Positions 44,932 to 55,143 of a stretch of DNA of 64,000 bases are shown one piece after another. Both the position numbers and the translations under genes were made by a program. Position 1 is the first letter of the stretch, and each line of letters begins with the position of its first letter. The stretch is from a virus (taxonomy: Duplodnaviria; Caudoviricetes): IMG/VR virus record IMGVR_UViG_3300047476_002143, positions 455 through 64,454 of that record; one strand, given 5' to 3'. Below the pieces are notes generated by a model that saw only the letters and a program-made list of their open reading frames with translations, searched no databases and was not told the origin of the DNA.

Positions 44932-46944
44932 TTATCTACCTTTTTTTACTACTTTGACTTCCTCATTCTCCACGAGTATGTTATAAGACTTACCCTCAAT
45001 CATTCTACCTGTAAGAACTTCTTCAGACAGAAAGTCTTCCACTTTATCTTGAATTGCTCTTTTCATAGGTCTTGCCCCATAAGTTGCATCATACCCAATT
45101 CTGGAGATATAATCAACAAGAGATTCATCATACGTGATTTTGTATTTCATATCTACCAGACGAGTAATTAACTTATTAAGTTCAAGTCTTGTGATTTTTT
45201 TGATGTCTTCTTCAGACAAGGTGTTAAACATGATTGTATCATCAATCCTATTCAAAAATTCAGGAGAAAAGAAGTTTTTCATTTCTTTCATCAACATTTG
45301 TTTTTTGGCTTCTTCATTAGAGTATGAGTTAGAACCAAATCCAATTCCCGCACCAAACTCTTGGAACTTTTTAACACCAAGATTTGATGTTAGGATGATT
45401 AGAGTGTTTTTGAAGTTAATTTTTCTACCCAAGCTATCGGTAACAAAACCATCATCCATGATTTGGAGAAGAACTGAGAAAATATCTTTATGTGCTTTCT
45501 CCACCTCATCAAACAAGACCACAGAATATGGTTTATTTTTCACTTTTTCAGTGAGCTGACCACCCTCATCGTACCCAACATAACCGGGAGGAGCTCCGAC
45601 CAATTTCGAAATTGTATGTTTCTCTTGATATTCACTCATGTCAACCCTAATCAAAGATTCTTCACTGCCGAACATTTCTTTAGCCAAAGTTTTTGCCAAG
45701 TGAGTTTTACCAACACCAGTCGAACCCAAGAAAATGAATGAACCGATTGGACGATTTGGGTCCTTGATACCTAATCTGTTTCTCTTGATTGATTTGACAA
45801 TTTTCGTAACTGCCGCATCCTGACCAATGATTTTACCAATCATTTCTTTGTCAAGATTAATAAGTGCCTTTGTATCATCGACACTCATTTTATTGACTGG
45901 TATTTTAGTCATATTTGAAACAACATCATAGACATCTTCGAGAGAGATTATTTGTTTGTCTTTTTGTAGCTCGTCTTCAAACTTTTTCTTTTCTTGCTCC
46001 AATTTGTTGATGAGTTTTTTTTCTCTATCTCTAAGTTCTGCGGCCTGTTCGTAGTTTTGTTTTTTAACGACCTCCATCTTCATGAGTCTCAACTCAGATG
46101 CCTTCTTTTTTAACTCTTCGATTGCTTCAGGGACTTTGAGTTCAGTTTGCATACGTGCACCGACCTCATCCATAATATCAAGAGCTTTATCTGGAAACTC
46201 TCTGTCGGTAATGTATCTGTCGGCCAACTTGACACAAGCGGTTACCACTTCATCGTTGTAAGTTACTTTATGGAAAGTTTCGTACTTGTCCCTAACATTT
46301 TTAAGGATTTCAATTGTTTCAACGATACTTGAAGGTTCTACCGTCACTTTTTGGAATCTACGTTCGAGTGCTCCGTCTTTTTCAAAAGATTTGCGATATT
46401 CATCCAAAGTTGTTGCTCCAATGCATTGTAGTTCTCCACGAGCAAGTGCTGGTTTGAAAATGTTTGAACCGTCCATAGAGCCAGCAGCATTACCTGAACC
46501 CACGAGTGTGTGAATTTCATCTATAAAAACAATGATGTTCGGATTTGCGGCCAACTCTTCCATAATAACTTTCATACGTTCTTCGAATTGACCACGGTAT
46601 TTTGTACCGGCAACAACTGAAGTTAAGTCGAGAGCAACGATTCGTTTATCAACAAGATTACGTGGGCAGTCACCATTATTTATTTTAATTGCTAACCCTT
46701 CAACAATTGCAGTTTTACCACATCCAGGTTCTCCAATGATAATTGGATTATTTTTCTTTCTACGAGACAGGATTTGAGCAATACGAATAATCTCTCGCTC
46801 TCTACCAACAACAGGGTCAAGTTTCCCCATTTCAGCCAACTTAATCAAGTCCCTACTGAAATTATCCAACACTGGTGTTGAACTATCATTCTGTTTTTGT
46901 TTCTTACTAGTCTTCATGTCGTCGTCATCCATTAGTTCGTTCAT
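44932..46944 (-). CDS. clpC: ClpC-like Hsp100 AAA+ ATPase lacking the N-terminal Clp repeat domain
   Basis: Two AAA modules ([16 protein letters not shown]), UVR-like middle ([11 protein letters not shown]), IGF loop. Confidence 0.88.
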   Translation of the reverse strand: MNELMDDDDMKTSKKQKQNDSSTPVLDNFSRDLIKLAEMGKLDPVVGREREIIRIAQILSRRKKNNPIIIGEPGCGKTAIVEGLAIKINNGDCPRNLVDKRIVALDLTSVVAGTKYRGQFEERMKVIMEELAANPNIIVFIDEIHTLVGSGNAAGSMDGSNIFKPALARGELQCIGATTLDEYRKSFEKDGALERRFQKVTVEPSSIVETIEILKNVRDKYETFHKVTYNDEVVTACVKLADRYITDREFPDKALDIMDEVGARMQTELKVPEAIEELKKKASELRLMKMEVVKKQNYEQAAELRDREKKLINKLEQEKKKFEDELQKDKQIISLEDVYDVVSNMTKIPVNKMSVDDTKALINLDKEMIGKIIGQDAAVTKIVKSIKRNRLGIKDPNRPIGSFIFLGSTGVGKTHLAKTLAKEMFGSEESLIRVDMSEYQEKHTISKLVGAPPGYVGYDEGGQLTEKVKNKPYSVVLFDEVEKAHKDIFSVLLQIMDDGFVTDSLGRKINFKNTLIILTSNLGVKKFQEFGAGIGFGSNSYSNEEAKKQMLMKEMKNFFSPEFLNRIDDTIMFNTLSEEDIKKITRLELNKLITRLVDMKYKITYDESLVDYISRIGYDATYGARPMKRAIQDKVEDFLSEEVLTGRMIEGKSYNILVENEEVKVVKKGR

Positions 46945-47163
46945 AATTTCTAATTTTGATTTATGTTTATTCAGATACAAATATCTATCAATTTTCGGAC
47001 ACTAACAAACAAATTGTCAAATTTGCAGAAAGAAATATTTTTATATGACTATGTGTCAGTTAAGTTATGTTTTTAACGACAATATGTCATACCAGTCGTG
47101 TTGGCATTTTGTTTGACCTATTTATCAAAAATAAATAAATTTTAATAAAAATTAAAAACTAAG

Positions 47164-47574
47164 ATGGGAAATTATCACAATTTGGACAGAATTTTTGACC
47201 AATTTTTTAACGACAATGGGACAGGTATGTACAAGACATACAAATTGATTTCAGCAAATCAAAATCAAAGTATTGATGATTATGAAATAAACATTGTGAA
47301 GGATGGGGCTTATATCCATTTTGAAGTTCCTGGATTCAATAAAAATAATTTGGATGTCTTAATTGAAGGGTCCGAGCTTGTAATCGAGGGTTCACGTAAG
47401 TATAAAATGAATGGCGAAGAAAAACAAAAAGAAATTAATCGCAGAGTCGAGCTCAATAATCTGTATGACCCAACCACTGTTGAAGCAACAGTCGAGGACG
47501 GACTATTAACAGTTTACATTCCAAGTTTCAAAAAAGAAACACAGAAAAGAAAAAATAGAATAAACCTCATGTAA
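47164..47574 (+). CDS. Small heat-shock protein (Hsp20)
   Basis: EVPGF.K..L.V, L.I.G, A.VEDGLL.V.IP. Confidence 0.88.
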   Translation: MGNYHNLDRIFDQFFNDNGTGMYKTYKLISANQNQSIDDYEINIVKDGAYIHFEVPGFNKNNLDVLIEGSELVIEGSRKYKMNGEEKQKEINRRVELNNLYDPTTVEATVEDGLLTVYIPSFKKETQKRKNRINLM

Positions 47575-47602
47575 AAGAAAAACCCTCCAATCGGAGGGTT
47601 TT

Positions 47603-48154
47603 TTATAAATCCAAACATTTTATTTTTCCATCCTTACCATACCCGAAATTATATTTATGGGCATCGACAAATGTATCTTTATTTTTTATTTTCATAATAG
47701 CCTTTTCACACTTCTTTATAACGGTTAGAAAATTTATAAAAAAGTCATAATCTTTTTTATTATGATTTAATAATTTTTTACCAATATCTACAAAAATCGA
47801 GGCATCAGAACCTTCAGTTATGTATAAATCTGAAAATGATTCCCCTCTATCAACATCCAAAACACCAATATCTTCTAATGATAATTCCAAGCTGTCCCAA
47901 TCGTTTTCAAATTTTTTTGTATCTAATTTCTCTAATTCAACATAATAAATGTTTTCATCTTGCATCTTACCAGCCCTGAAGACTTTAGGAAATATCTCTG
48001 GTTCGGATTTGAATACCTCATACCACTCGTCAACTGTGTCTTTGTGTCCCACTTTGAATAAAACATTTGGATTACTTTTTGATGCAAAAATTTGATGTTC
48101 CATTCCTCTGTTGAAAACTTCTTTTTCTTTAGTACCTAATTCTTGTATTTCCAT
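47603..48154 (-). CDS. Hypothetical protein with degenerate kinase-like motifs
   Basis: G.EH.IF, VLFK, DAH..NFG...IKCLD. Confidence 0.5.
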   Translation of the reverse strand: MEIQELGTKEKEVFNRGMEHQIFASKSNPNVLFKVGHKDTVDEWYEVFKSEPEIFPKVFRAGKMQDENIYYVELEKLDTKKFENDWDSLELSLEDIGVLDVDRGESFSDLYITEGSDASIFVDIGKKLLNHNKKDYDFFINFLTVIKKCEKAIMKIKNKDTFVDAHKYNFGYGKDGKIKCLDL

Positions 48155-48164
48155 ATTTATAATT

Positions 48165-48497
48165 ATGGAGATGTGGCAGAAATACATAGAAAAAACAGAA
48201 GGTCTTAAACCTCTTTTAGAATCATATCTTAAATTGAGACGTTTATTCCAATCGTATGATTGGAGTGAGTCTGATTTGTCAAATCCGCCATTTTATAGTA
48301 GAGAATTGATGGAATTAAGAGATGAATTTGGTTACAAAATGGCAAAGTTGAATAAGGAAATGGATGATTTGGGAATTGATTGGAAACGAGAGGAATTTAT
48401 TAGTTACCTTCAACCATTTCTTACTAAGATTGATGAATTAACACCTTTAAAATATGGCAGTAACGAGAGAAGAAATCAAAGGGACGAAGATAATTAA
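48165..48497 (+). CDS. Hypothetical protein
   Basis: ATG after TATTTATA. Confidence 0.55.
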   Translation: MEMWQKYIEKTEGLKPLLESYLKLRRLFQSYDWSESDLSNPPFYSRELMELRDEFGYKMAKLNKEMDDLGIDWKREEFISYLQPFLTKIDELTPLKYGSNERRNQRDEDN

Positions 48498-48696
48498 TGA
48501 AATTAAGTCGTCCAATTTAAAAAGAACAGAATACGATACCGAAACAAAAAAATTAGTGGTTGAATTCATTAATAATCTTAAATATGAATACGATGAAGTA
48601 CCACATCAAATTTATACTAAATTTAGAAATGCAGATTCTCAGGGTAAATTTTTTACGATGGAGATAGCAAAAAAGTTTAAATACAAAAAACTATAA
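48454..48696 (+). CDS. KTSC domain protein
   Basis: SSN.....YD...L.VEF....YEY..VP...Y..F..A.SQGKFF. Confidence 0.85.
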   Translation: MAVTREEIKGTKIINEIKSSNLKRTEYDTETKKLVVEFINNLKYEYDEVPHQIYTKFRNADSQGKFFTMEIAKKFKYKKL

Positions 48697-48716
48697 TTTT
48701 TTGGTATTTATATGTC

Positions 48717-49442
48717 ATGGGAGAATTTACAAAGATATTAAAAAGTTTTTCGTTACAAGACACATTAAACCCTAAGATTTGGGAAAACCATGACGATGTA
48801 GAAAATTCAAAAATGAAATCAAAGGTACGAGATGCCTTGATGAAGATTGCAGAAAAATTTATAGATTATTTGGGTGATGACGTATTTGTCGAAGATATAA
48901 CCCTCACAGGCTCATTGGCTAACTTCAACTGGTCTGAATATTCAGATTTCGATTTACATATATTAGTTGATTTTCAACAGTATGAGAAAGAGTCAAAACT
49001 TTATCAACAGCTGTTCGACGCAAAAAAATACATTTTTAATGAAAACCATAACATTAAAATTTATGGTTATGATGTTGAACTATATGCTCAAGATGTTGAA
49101 GAAGAACATACTAGCACAGGTTTGTATTCGGTAATGAACGATGAGTGGTTACAAAAACCTGAAAAAGAGTCTCCTGATATTAATAAAAAACTTTTAGTTC
49201 AAAAAATAGACTCTTGGGTAGAAAAAATTGAAAAGGGAATTGGAGAAGGTAAAGATTTAGAAAAACTTAAGACGAAGATAAAAGAGTATAGAAAATCAGG
49301 TTTAGAGAAAGAAGGTGAACTATCTTATGAAAATTTAGTTTTCAAATTTTTGAGGAGGTCTGGACATATAGGTAAATTGTTTGATGCAATTAATCAAGAA
49401 ACCGACAAAGAACTTTCGATAGAGAGACAAATGACAGATTAA
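48717..49442 (+). CDS. Pol-beta-superfamily nucleotidyltransferase
   Basis: LTGSLANFNWS.YSDFDLH, VELY, ENLVFK.LRR. Confidence 0.8.
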   Translation: MGEFTKILKSFSLQDTLNPKIWENHDDVENSKMKSKVRDALMKIAEKFIDYLGDDVFVEDITLTGSLANFNWSEYSDFDLHILVDFQQYEKESKLYQQLFDAKKYIFNENHNIKIYGYDVELYAQDVEEEHTSTGLYSVMNDEWLQKPEKESPDINKKLLVQKIDSWVEKIEKGIGEGKDLEKLKTKIKEYRKSGLEKEGELSYENLVFKFLRRSGHIGKLFDAINQETDKELSIERQMTD

Positions 49443-49542
49443 CTCTGTTTAATATAAATGTTGTAACAGGTAATAATCCTTTGGTATTATTGTGTTTAAT
49501 ACTGAAGAATTGTTAACCTTCGTATATTTATTAAGAAAAATT

Positions 49543-49728
49543 ATGTCAAATACTAATGTAAACGTACAATATGAGTACACCGATGGAATGCTCGGTTCAT
49601 TCAGCGGAGGTACGTGGGATGCTTCTTTAGGTAATGCACCACATCCTGTTGCCTTCGTAGGTACAGGTGACACTGTTACTGATTTAAGCGCAATTACGTT
49701 AGGCGGATTTGGTGGACTAAACAACTAA
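49543..49728 (+). CDS. Small hypothetical protein, probably structural
   Basis: ATG after TATTTAT. Confidence 0.6.
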   Translation: MSNTNVNVQYEYTDGMLGSFSGGTWDASLGNAPHPVAFVGTGDTVTDLSAITLGGFGGLNN

Positions 49729-49744
49729 ATAAAAATATTAAAAA

Positions 49745-50977
49745 ATGGGAGATTTAAAACCAATAGGCAGTGAAAAATTAACAGGACAGGAAAAACTCAA
49801 TAGAATCATGGAGATTGCCAGATATAAAGAGGTTCCTGCGTTAAATGTTAATGAGACAAGCACTAAAGAATTTTCTATAAACTTATCAGATGGTATAGAT
49901 TACCAAATAGTGAAAGAAAAACAAGGATATATTATTAAAAAAACTATATCTGAATCTCAAACAGATTATATCGAACCGATGAAAAATAGAAAATATTTTC
50001 CATCTTACTCTCAAGCTTTGAAAAAACTAAATTTGATGGCGAAAGAATTAAATCGTGTCAATGAAAACGAGGAAGGTGTGAGTTTGTTTGGTGAACAAAG
50101 AAAGTTCGTTTTAAAGACTCCCAAACCTGTTGAGCCAGAAATGGCATCACCAGCACCTCCTGTTGAGCCACCTGCAGTCCCTGAACCAGAGTTACCACCT
50201 TCTCCAGATTCGGAAGCTCCTATGCCAGATATGACATTGGGTTCTGATGATATGGGTGGTGAAGGAATGGATATGGCACCTGAGGCAGATGTAATGGGTG
50301 ATGAATCAATGGGTTCTCCTTCAGGTGAAGAAGTTACTTTTAAAATGATTCAAAAATTGACAGGTAAGCTTACACAAAAAATCAGAGAATATGAAAGTGA
50401 TAAAGGTCTTACATCAGAAAACATAAAATATGTGATTAATATGGTTTTATCTTCTTTAGATTTGACAAACCTATCAGAAGAAGATAAAGAAGACGTTCTT
50501 TCTAAGTTTGAATCTGATGAAGATATGGACATGGGAGATGAAGGTATGGGTTCAGAAACACCTGAAGATGATATAACAAGTGATACTGAAGTTGAAGATA
50601 TTCAAGCTGATATGGATGTTCCTGTAGAATCTGAAATGGGAGAATCTGACTACGGTGTCGGAGCAATTATGGATAGTATATTTGGAGAATCTAAAGTTGA
50701 CAAAGTTATTTCAAAATATTTTGAAATAAGTGATTCAGAGAAGAAGCTTCAAGAACAAAAGAAATTGGTTGACAAGGAAATGAAACAGAAACAATTTGTG
50801 AAACAAATTAACTCTATTAAGAATTTATCTGAGTCAATTGAACAAGAACTTTCATCAAAAAAGTTCTTGGAAGAGAATAAAGATTTTACTTTAATCGGTA
50901 AAACAAACAAAAAAAACTTAGTGTTTGAGAACAAAAAGGGTCAAATAAAAATAACACCTGAAGGTCTCGTAATATGA
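49745..50977 (+). CDS. Acidic/proline-rich hypothetical protein, probably head-associated
   Basis: Co-directional with the head module. Confidence 0.7.
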   Translation: MGDLKPIGSEKLTGQEKLNRIMEIARYKEVPALNVNETSTKEFSINLSDGIDYQIVKEKQGYIIKKTISESQTDYIEPMKNRKYFPSYSQALKKLNLMAKELNRVNENEEGVSLFGEQRKFVLKTPKPVEPEMASPAPPVEPPAVPEPELPPSPDSEAPMPDMTLGSDDMGGEGMDMAPEADVMGDESMGSPSGEEVTFKMIQKLTGKLTQKIREYESDKGLTSENIKYVINMVLSSLDLTNLSEEDKEDVLSKFESDEDMDMGDEGMGSETPEDDITSDTEVEDIQADMDVPVESEMGESDYGVGAIMDSIFGESKVDKVISKYFEISDSEKKLQEQKKLVDKEMKQKQFVKQINSIKNLSESIEQELSSKKFLEENKDFTLIGKTNKKNLVFENKKGQIKITPEGLVI

Positions 50978-51369
50978 GTTATTTGATATATGTAAACGGA
51001 TTAGGACCAAACTATAAAGGAGATAATATATATGAATTTATATTTTCAGATTCTTTAGATGTTTGGGGTGAATCTTGGGAAAAAAAACCAAGTAATTCTT
51101 ATCCTTCTCCGCCAGAAATAAAATATATTAAAAAAGTAGGAGTTCTGAAAAACACTGATATTAAGTTAGAGTTGATTCAGAACTCCGATTTTTTTTGTAT
51201 GAGTGACGCAATGGACGATATCATTGCTTTAGCTTGGGAGGATGACGAATATAAGAATACCAAAAGGTTGGTATTCAGATTTGGTGAAGAAGAAAGTGAA
51301 ATTAAAAATAAATTGTATGAGAACGATTTAATTCTCGAATTCGAAAAAAAAGTTGTATATGAAAACTAA
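50974..51369 (+). CDS. Hypothetical protein
   Basis: Overlapping start/stop in the head operon. Confidence 0.7.
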   Translation: MSYLIYVNGLGPNYKGDNIYEFIFSDSLDVWGESWEKKPSNSYPSPPEIKYIKKVGVLKNTDIKLELIQNSDFFCMSDAMDDIIALAWEDDEYKNTKRLVFRFGEEESEIKNKLYENDLILEFEKKVVYEN

Positions 51370-52051
51370 TAAAAAGGCTTTAGAACTTGTAGAAAGTGGT
51401 TTGAAATCTAATGTGGTAAGTAAGTTATCAGAATCACAAATAGAACAACTACACTCCAAAATATTCAGTGAGCAGACTGGTGTTAGAACAGAAGTTAAAC
51501 CAACCCAAGTCACTACAATTTCACCAGATGCATTACAAAAAGGAGTTAATGTTAATGGAAAAAATATGAAAAAAGATTCTTCAGGTAATGTTGTTGTAAC
51601 TACGACAAATGAGGAAATGTCAGAAGAAAAAAATAAGGATGATAAAAATAATCCATGGGCTATTTGCCACAAACAGCTAGGACCGAAGAAAAATGCAAAG
51701 TTCGAGAGTTGTGTTAGACAAGTAAAAAAATCTTTGAAGGAAGGTAAGAATCCTTTATCTTTGTTTATAGAAAACAAAATTATGGAAATAGTTGAAACTC
51801 ATTTACCTCCAAAAATAACAAAGAAAGATTTGGTAAAATATTTGTCCGAGGCTGAACCAGCAACCGCACCTACTAAAGACCCTAAAACAAAACCAGGAAC
51901 GAAGGAACCACCATCTCCGGTGAAAACACCACAGCATCCAGGAAAAAACCCCAACCCTAAGGTAAACCCAGCACCTAAGGCAAACAAAATAGACCCAGAA
52001 GAAGCAAAAGAAAAAATAATCGATACTATAATGAAAATGTTAAGAAAATGA
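51359..52051 (+). CDS. Hypothetical protein with a Pro/Lys-rich tail
   Basis: Head operon; NPWAIC motif. Confidence 0.7.
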   Translation: MKTNKKALELVESGLKSNVVSKLSESQIEQLHSKIFSEQTGVRTEVKPTQVTTISPDALQKGVNVNGKNMKKDSSGNVVVTTTNEEMSEEKNKDDKNNPWAICHKQLGPKKNAKFESCVRQVKKSLKEGKNPLSLFIENKIMEIVETHLPPKITKKDLVKYLSEAEPATAPTKDPKTKPGTKEPPSPVKTPQHPGKNPNPKVNPAPKANKIDPEEAKEKIIDTIMKMLRK

Positions 52052-53343
52052 AAAAAATAAAAGAACAAATAGATTATGGTGGAAGAAGAGAAAGAATGGA
52101 CCCGAATCTTGAAAGAAAACTAAGGTCTGGTGAAGATATCTACTCTTCTAATCCTGCAATGAGAAAAGGTTCTGAAGATGTGCAAAGGCTCGTTTCCCAA
52201 AGATTTGGTGACGTTGTTGACGCTCTGAAACAAGTTACCGGTATTGAAGATTTGTCTCCGAATCACGTTAAGCAAATGTTAATGGGTGAAATGATGAATG
52301 CCACTTATGGTGTAATGAGACTTGAGAGTAGACATAAAGAAGAATTGAAAGACCTCGCAAAAAAAGTAAGTTTCGATGAAACTGAATTTGATGAGTCTTG
52401 GGTCAATCTTGAAATGTATTTGAACGAAACTCCAATTGACGTTTCTAATTTCAGATATCAACCAGAAGAAGAGGATGAAGAAGAAGAAGAAGATAAAAAA
52501 GAACAATTGAAATTTCAATCATTTGATATCGAGGATTTAACTCCTCAAGAAGAATTGGAATTAGAGAAACATAAAAGAAACATAATCAATGCTCTCATAC
52601 AAGGAGCGGCAAAGAAAGGGCATTACGTTTTTAGGAAACCAGAGGTGAGAGAAGAATTAGACTCAATCGACCCTCAATTATATCCACTCTATAACAAAAT
52701 AATGGCAATCAATGATTTTTTCTATTTTACAATGGAACAAATGATTGAAATGATGAGTCAGACAGGACAAGGTGTTGCAGGTAAAGTTGAGTTAGATGGG
52801 GGTGATGAAGAGGAAGGTGGAGAAGGAGAAGATACCCCTGATACCACAATCAAAGCGTATGGTATGATTTTTCCAATCCTTTGTCATGAAATCATCAAAG
52901 GTATAAAGGAAGTCAATGCAAGACATGGACTCCCTCAGGATACCGAAATGGCACAAAAAGTAATGGGTCAAACCGATTTACTGTCGAATGAACCAATGCA
53001 ATTAAGAGTAGGTCCTGGAGTACAAGAAAAACTAAGAATGGCAATGCCTGATGAGATTTTCAAACCTGAAAACAAAGGTCTTATAAATTGGTTTGAAATA
53101 GAATTATTCAAAATAGAGCCAACAGAATTTTTAGGAATTATGGCCGATGTAATTGACAAGGATGAAAGAAAAAATAAAAGAGCAACTGCTAGATTCGAAG
53201 AAATTATGAAAGAAGCTCAAAGACTTAAAGAGGAATATGAGGAATACAAAAAACAGCAAGGTAGTTCTTCAGAATCTGACGATTTAAGTGATGATGACCT
53301 CGATGATTTCCTATCTAGCATGGGCATTTCAAGAGGAGATTAA
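52048..53343 (+). CDS. Conserved hypothetical protein upstream of terminase
   Basis: INALIQGAAKKGHY, FPILCHEIIKG; position next to terL. Confidence 0.7.
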   Translation: MKKIKEQIDYGGRRERMDPNLERKLRSGEDIYSSNPAMRKGSEDVQRLVSQRFGDVVDALKQVTGIEDLSPNHVKQMLMGEMMNATYGVMRLESRHKEELKDLAKKVSFDETEFDESWVNLEMYLNETPIDVSNFRYQPEEEDEEEEEDKKEQLKFQSFDIEDLTPQEELELEKHKRNIINALIQGAAKKGHYVFRKPEVREELDSIDPQLYPLYNKIMAINDFFYFTMEQMIEMMSQTGQGVAGKVELDGGDEEEGGEGEDTPDTTIKAYGMIFPILCHEIIKGIKEVNARHGLPQDTEMAQKVMGQTDLLSNEPMQLRVGPGVQEKLRMAMPDEIFKPENKGLINWFEIELFKIEPTEFLGIMADVIDKDERKNKRATARFEEIMKEAQRLKEEYEEYKKQQGSSSESDDLSDDDLDDFLSSMGISRGD

Positions 53344-53345
53344 TT

Positions 53346-55100
53346 TTGACAAAAGAACAATTAATAATAGAAGTTACGAAGTGCATGAGAAATACTCCAT
53401 ATGCACTTCGTACTTATTTACAGACATATGATAATACGGTATCAAAATACGTACCGTTAGATTTATTTCCAGACCAAGTCAGTCTTATCGAGGACTACGA
53501 AAAGTATAACGAAAATATTGCCTTAAAGTATAGACAAGCAGGTGTTTCTACAGTAACTGCGGCATGGGCGTCAAAAAAATTAGTTTTCGCGAAAAAACAG
53601 AAACCAGAAAAAATTCTAATCATTGCCAACAAATTGGATACATCAGTTGAAATGGCAAACAAGATTAGAAGTTTCACTGAACAATGGCCGGCTTGGGTAG
53701 GTGTCGGATTTTCACAAGAAAAGAATTCGCAAAGACATTTCAAATTAACTAACGATTGTGAAGTCAAAGCCGTTGCAACATCAAAAGACGCTTTGAGGGG
53801 TTATACACCTACAATTCTTATTTTCGATGAGGCAGCGTTCATTGATGCGGACGGTGACTTCTGGTCTGCATGTATGGCATCCCTTTCTACAGGAGGTAAA
53901 GTTATTGTGGTATCTACCCCCAATGGTTATGACCCAATCTATTATGAAATTTATGACCAAGCTTTAAGAAATATGAACGATTTCAAAATATCAGAGATGT
54001 TTTGGTATCGTGACCCAAGATATACAAAGGATTTGTATATGGTAAAAACAAATGATTTGGTTCATTTTTTATTGAATAGAGAGGAGTATGCTGCTGATGT
54101 TGTCGTTGATTTATCAGTAGATAACGCATACGAAAGAGACCACTCAATAGTCACAGAGTACATCAAACAAGGATATAAACCTTGTTCTGCTTGGTTTGAG
54201 GGAATGGTTAAAAAACTCAAGTATGACAGAAGAAAAGTAGCTCAGGAGTTGGAATGTAACTTTCTAGGTTCAGGAGATAACGTATTTGAATCTGAAATTC
54301 TACAAAACGTATCTCAAAATACTTTACAGGAACCCGGAGCAAAACTTATGGGTGGAGCTCTATGGATATGGAAAGAACCTGTCCTTGGTCACAAATACGT
54401 TATGGGAGTAGATGTCTCGAGAGGAGACTCAGAGGATTTTTCCTGTATTGAAATAATAGACTTTAATGAGAATGAACAAGTGTTGGAATATGTTGCAAAG
54501 GTACCTCCTGACGTTGTTGCTGAAATTGCCTATAAGTGGGGAACAATGTATGATGCCTTCTGTGTTGTGGATTTGACGGGGGGAATGGGTGTTGCAACCG
54601 CAAGAAAACTACAGGAGCTAAATTACAAAAATTTATATATTGACACTGTTGAAAACAACAATAAGTGGAAATGGGACCCGAAGATTAATGAAAAAATTCC
54701 TGGTATAAATTTCAATAGTAAACGTGTTCAAATTATTGCATCATTTGAAGAAGCAGTTAGACATGGATTTAAAGTAAGGTCTCAAAGGTTGTATAACGAA
54801 ATGAATACATTTGTGTATATCAATGGAAGACCTGACCACCAAAAAGGACATCATGATGATTGTATTATGGGAATATCCATGGCAACATATGTTGCGGAAA
54901 AATCTTTCCAACAACTGACAAAAAATTTAAATCACACAAAGGCAATGATTGATTCATGGGCGGTTTCTGTAAATGAAAATAAAAATTCATCACAATTTTT
55001 CAATCCTATGATACCACAGACTGCAGAAAAAAAACAATACTTCCCTAATCAAGGACCGAGTAGAAGTGATTATGAAAAATATAAATGGTTGTTCTATTAG
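53346..55100 (+). CDS. Terminase large subunit (T4 gp17-like)
   Basis: KYRQAGVST, IFDEAAF, VSTPNG, QELECNF, GVDVSRG, HDD; TTG start. Confidence 0.93.
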   Translation: MTKEQLIIEVTKCMRNTPYALRTYLQTYDNTVSKYVPLDLFPDQVSLIEDYEKYNENIALKYRQAGVSTVTAAWASKKLVFAKKQKPEKILIIANKLDTSVEMANKIRSFTEQWPAWVGVGFSQEKNSQRHFKLTNDCEVKAVATSKDALRGYTPTILIFDEAAFIDADGDFWSACMASLSTGGKVIVVSTPNGYDPIYYEIYDQALRNMNDFKISEMFWYRDPRYTKDLYMVKTNDLVHFLLNREEYAADVVVDLSVDNAYERDHSIVTEYIKQGYKPCSAWFEGMVKKLKYDRRKVAQELECNFLGSGDNVFESEILQNVSQNTLQEPGAKLMGGALWIWKEPVLGHKYVMGVDVSRGDSEDFSCIEIIDFNENEQVLEYVAKVPPDVVAEIAYKWGTMYDAFCVVDLTGGMGVATARKLQELNYKNLYIDTVENNNKWKWDPKINEKIPGINFNSKRVQIIASFEEAVRHGFKVRSQRLYNEMNTFVYINGRPDHQKGHHDDCIMGISMATYVAEKSFQQLTKNLNHTKAMIDSWAVSVNENKNSSQFFNPMIPQTAEKKQYFPNQGPSRSDYEKYKWLFY

Positions 55101-55143
55101 ACATAACTATTTATATTATCAAGGAAAAAAGTAAAATTAAAAA

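Noticed and set aside
48717-49442. CCA-adding enzyme
   Set aside because: Only the generic GS/DxD nucleotidyltransferase motif is present; class II CCA motifs such as RRD were not seen.
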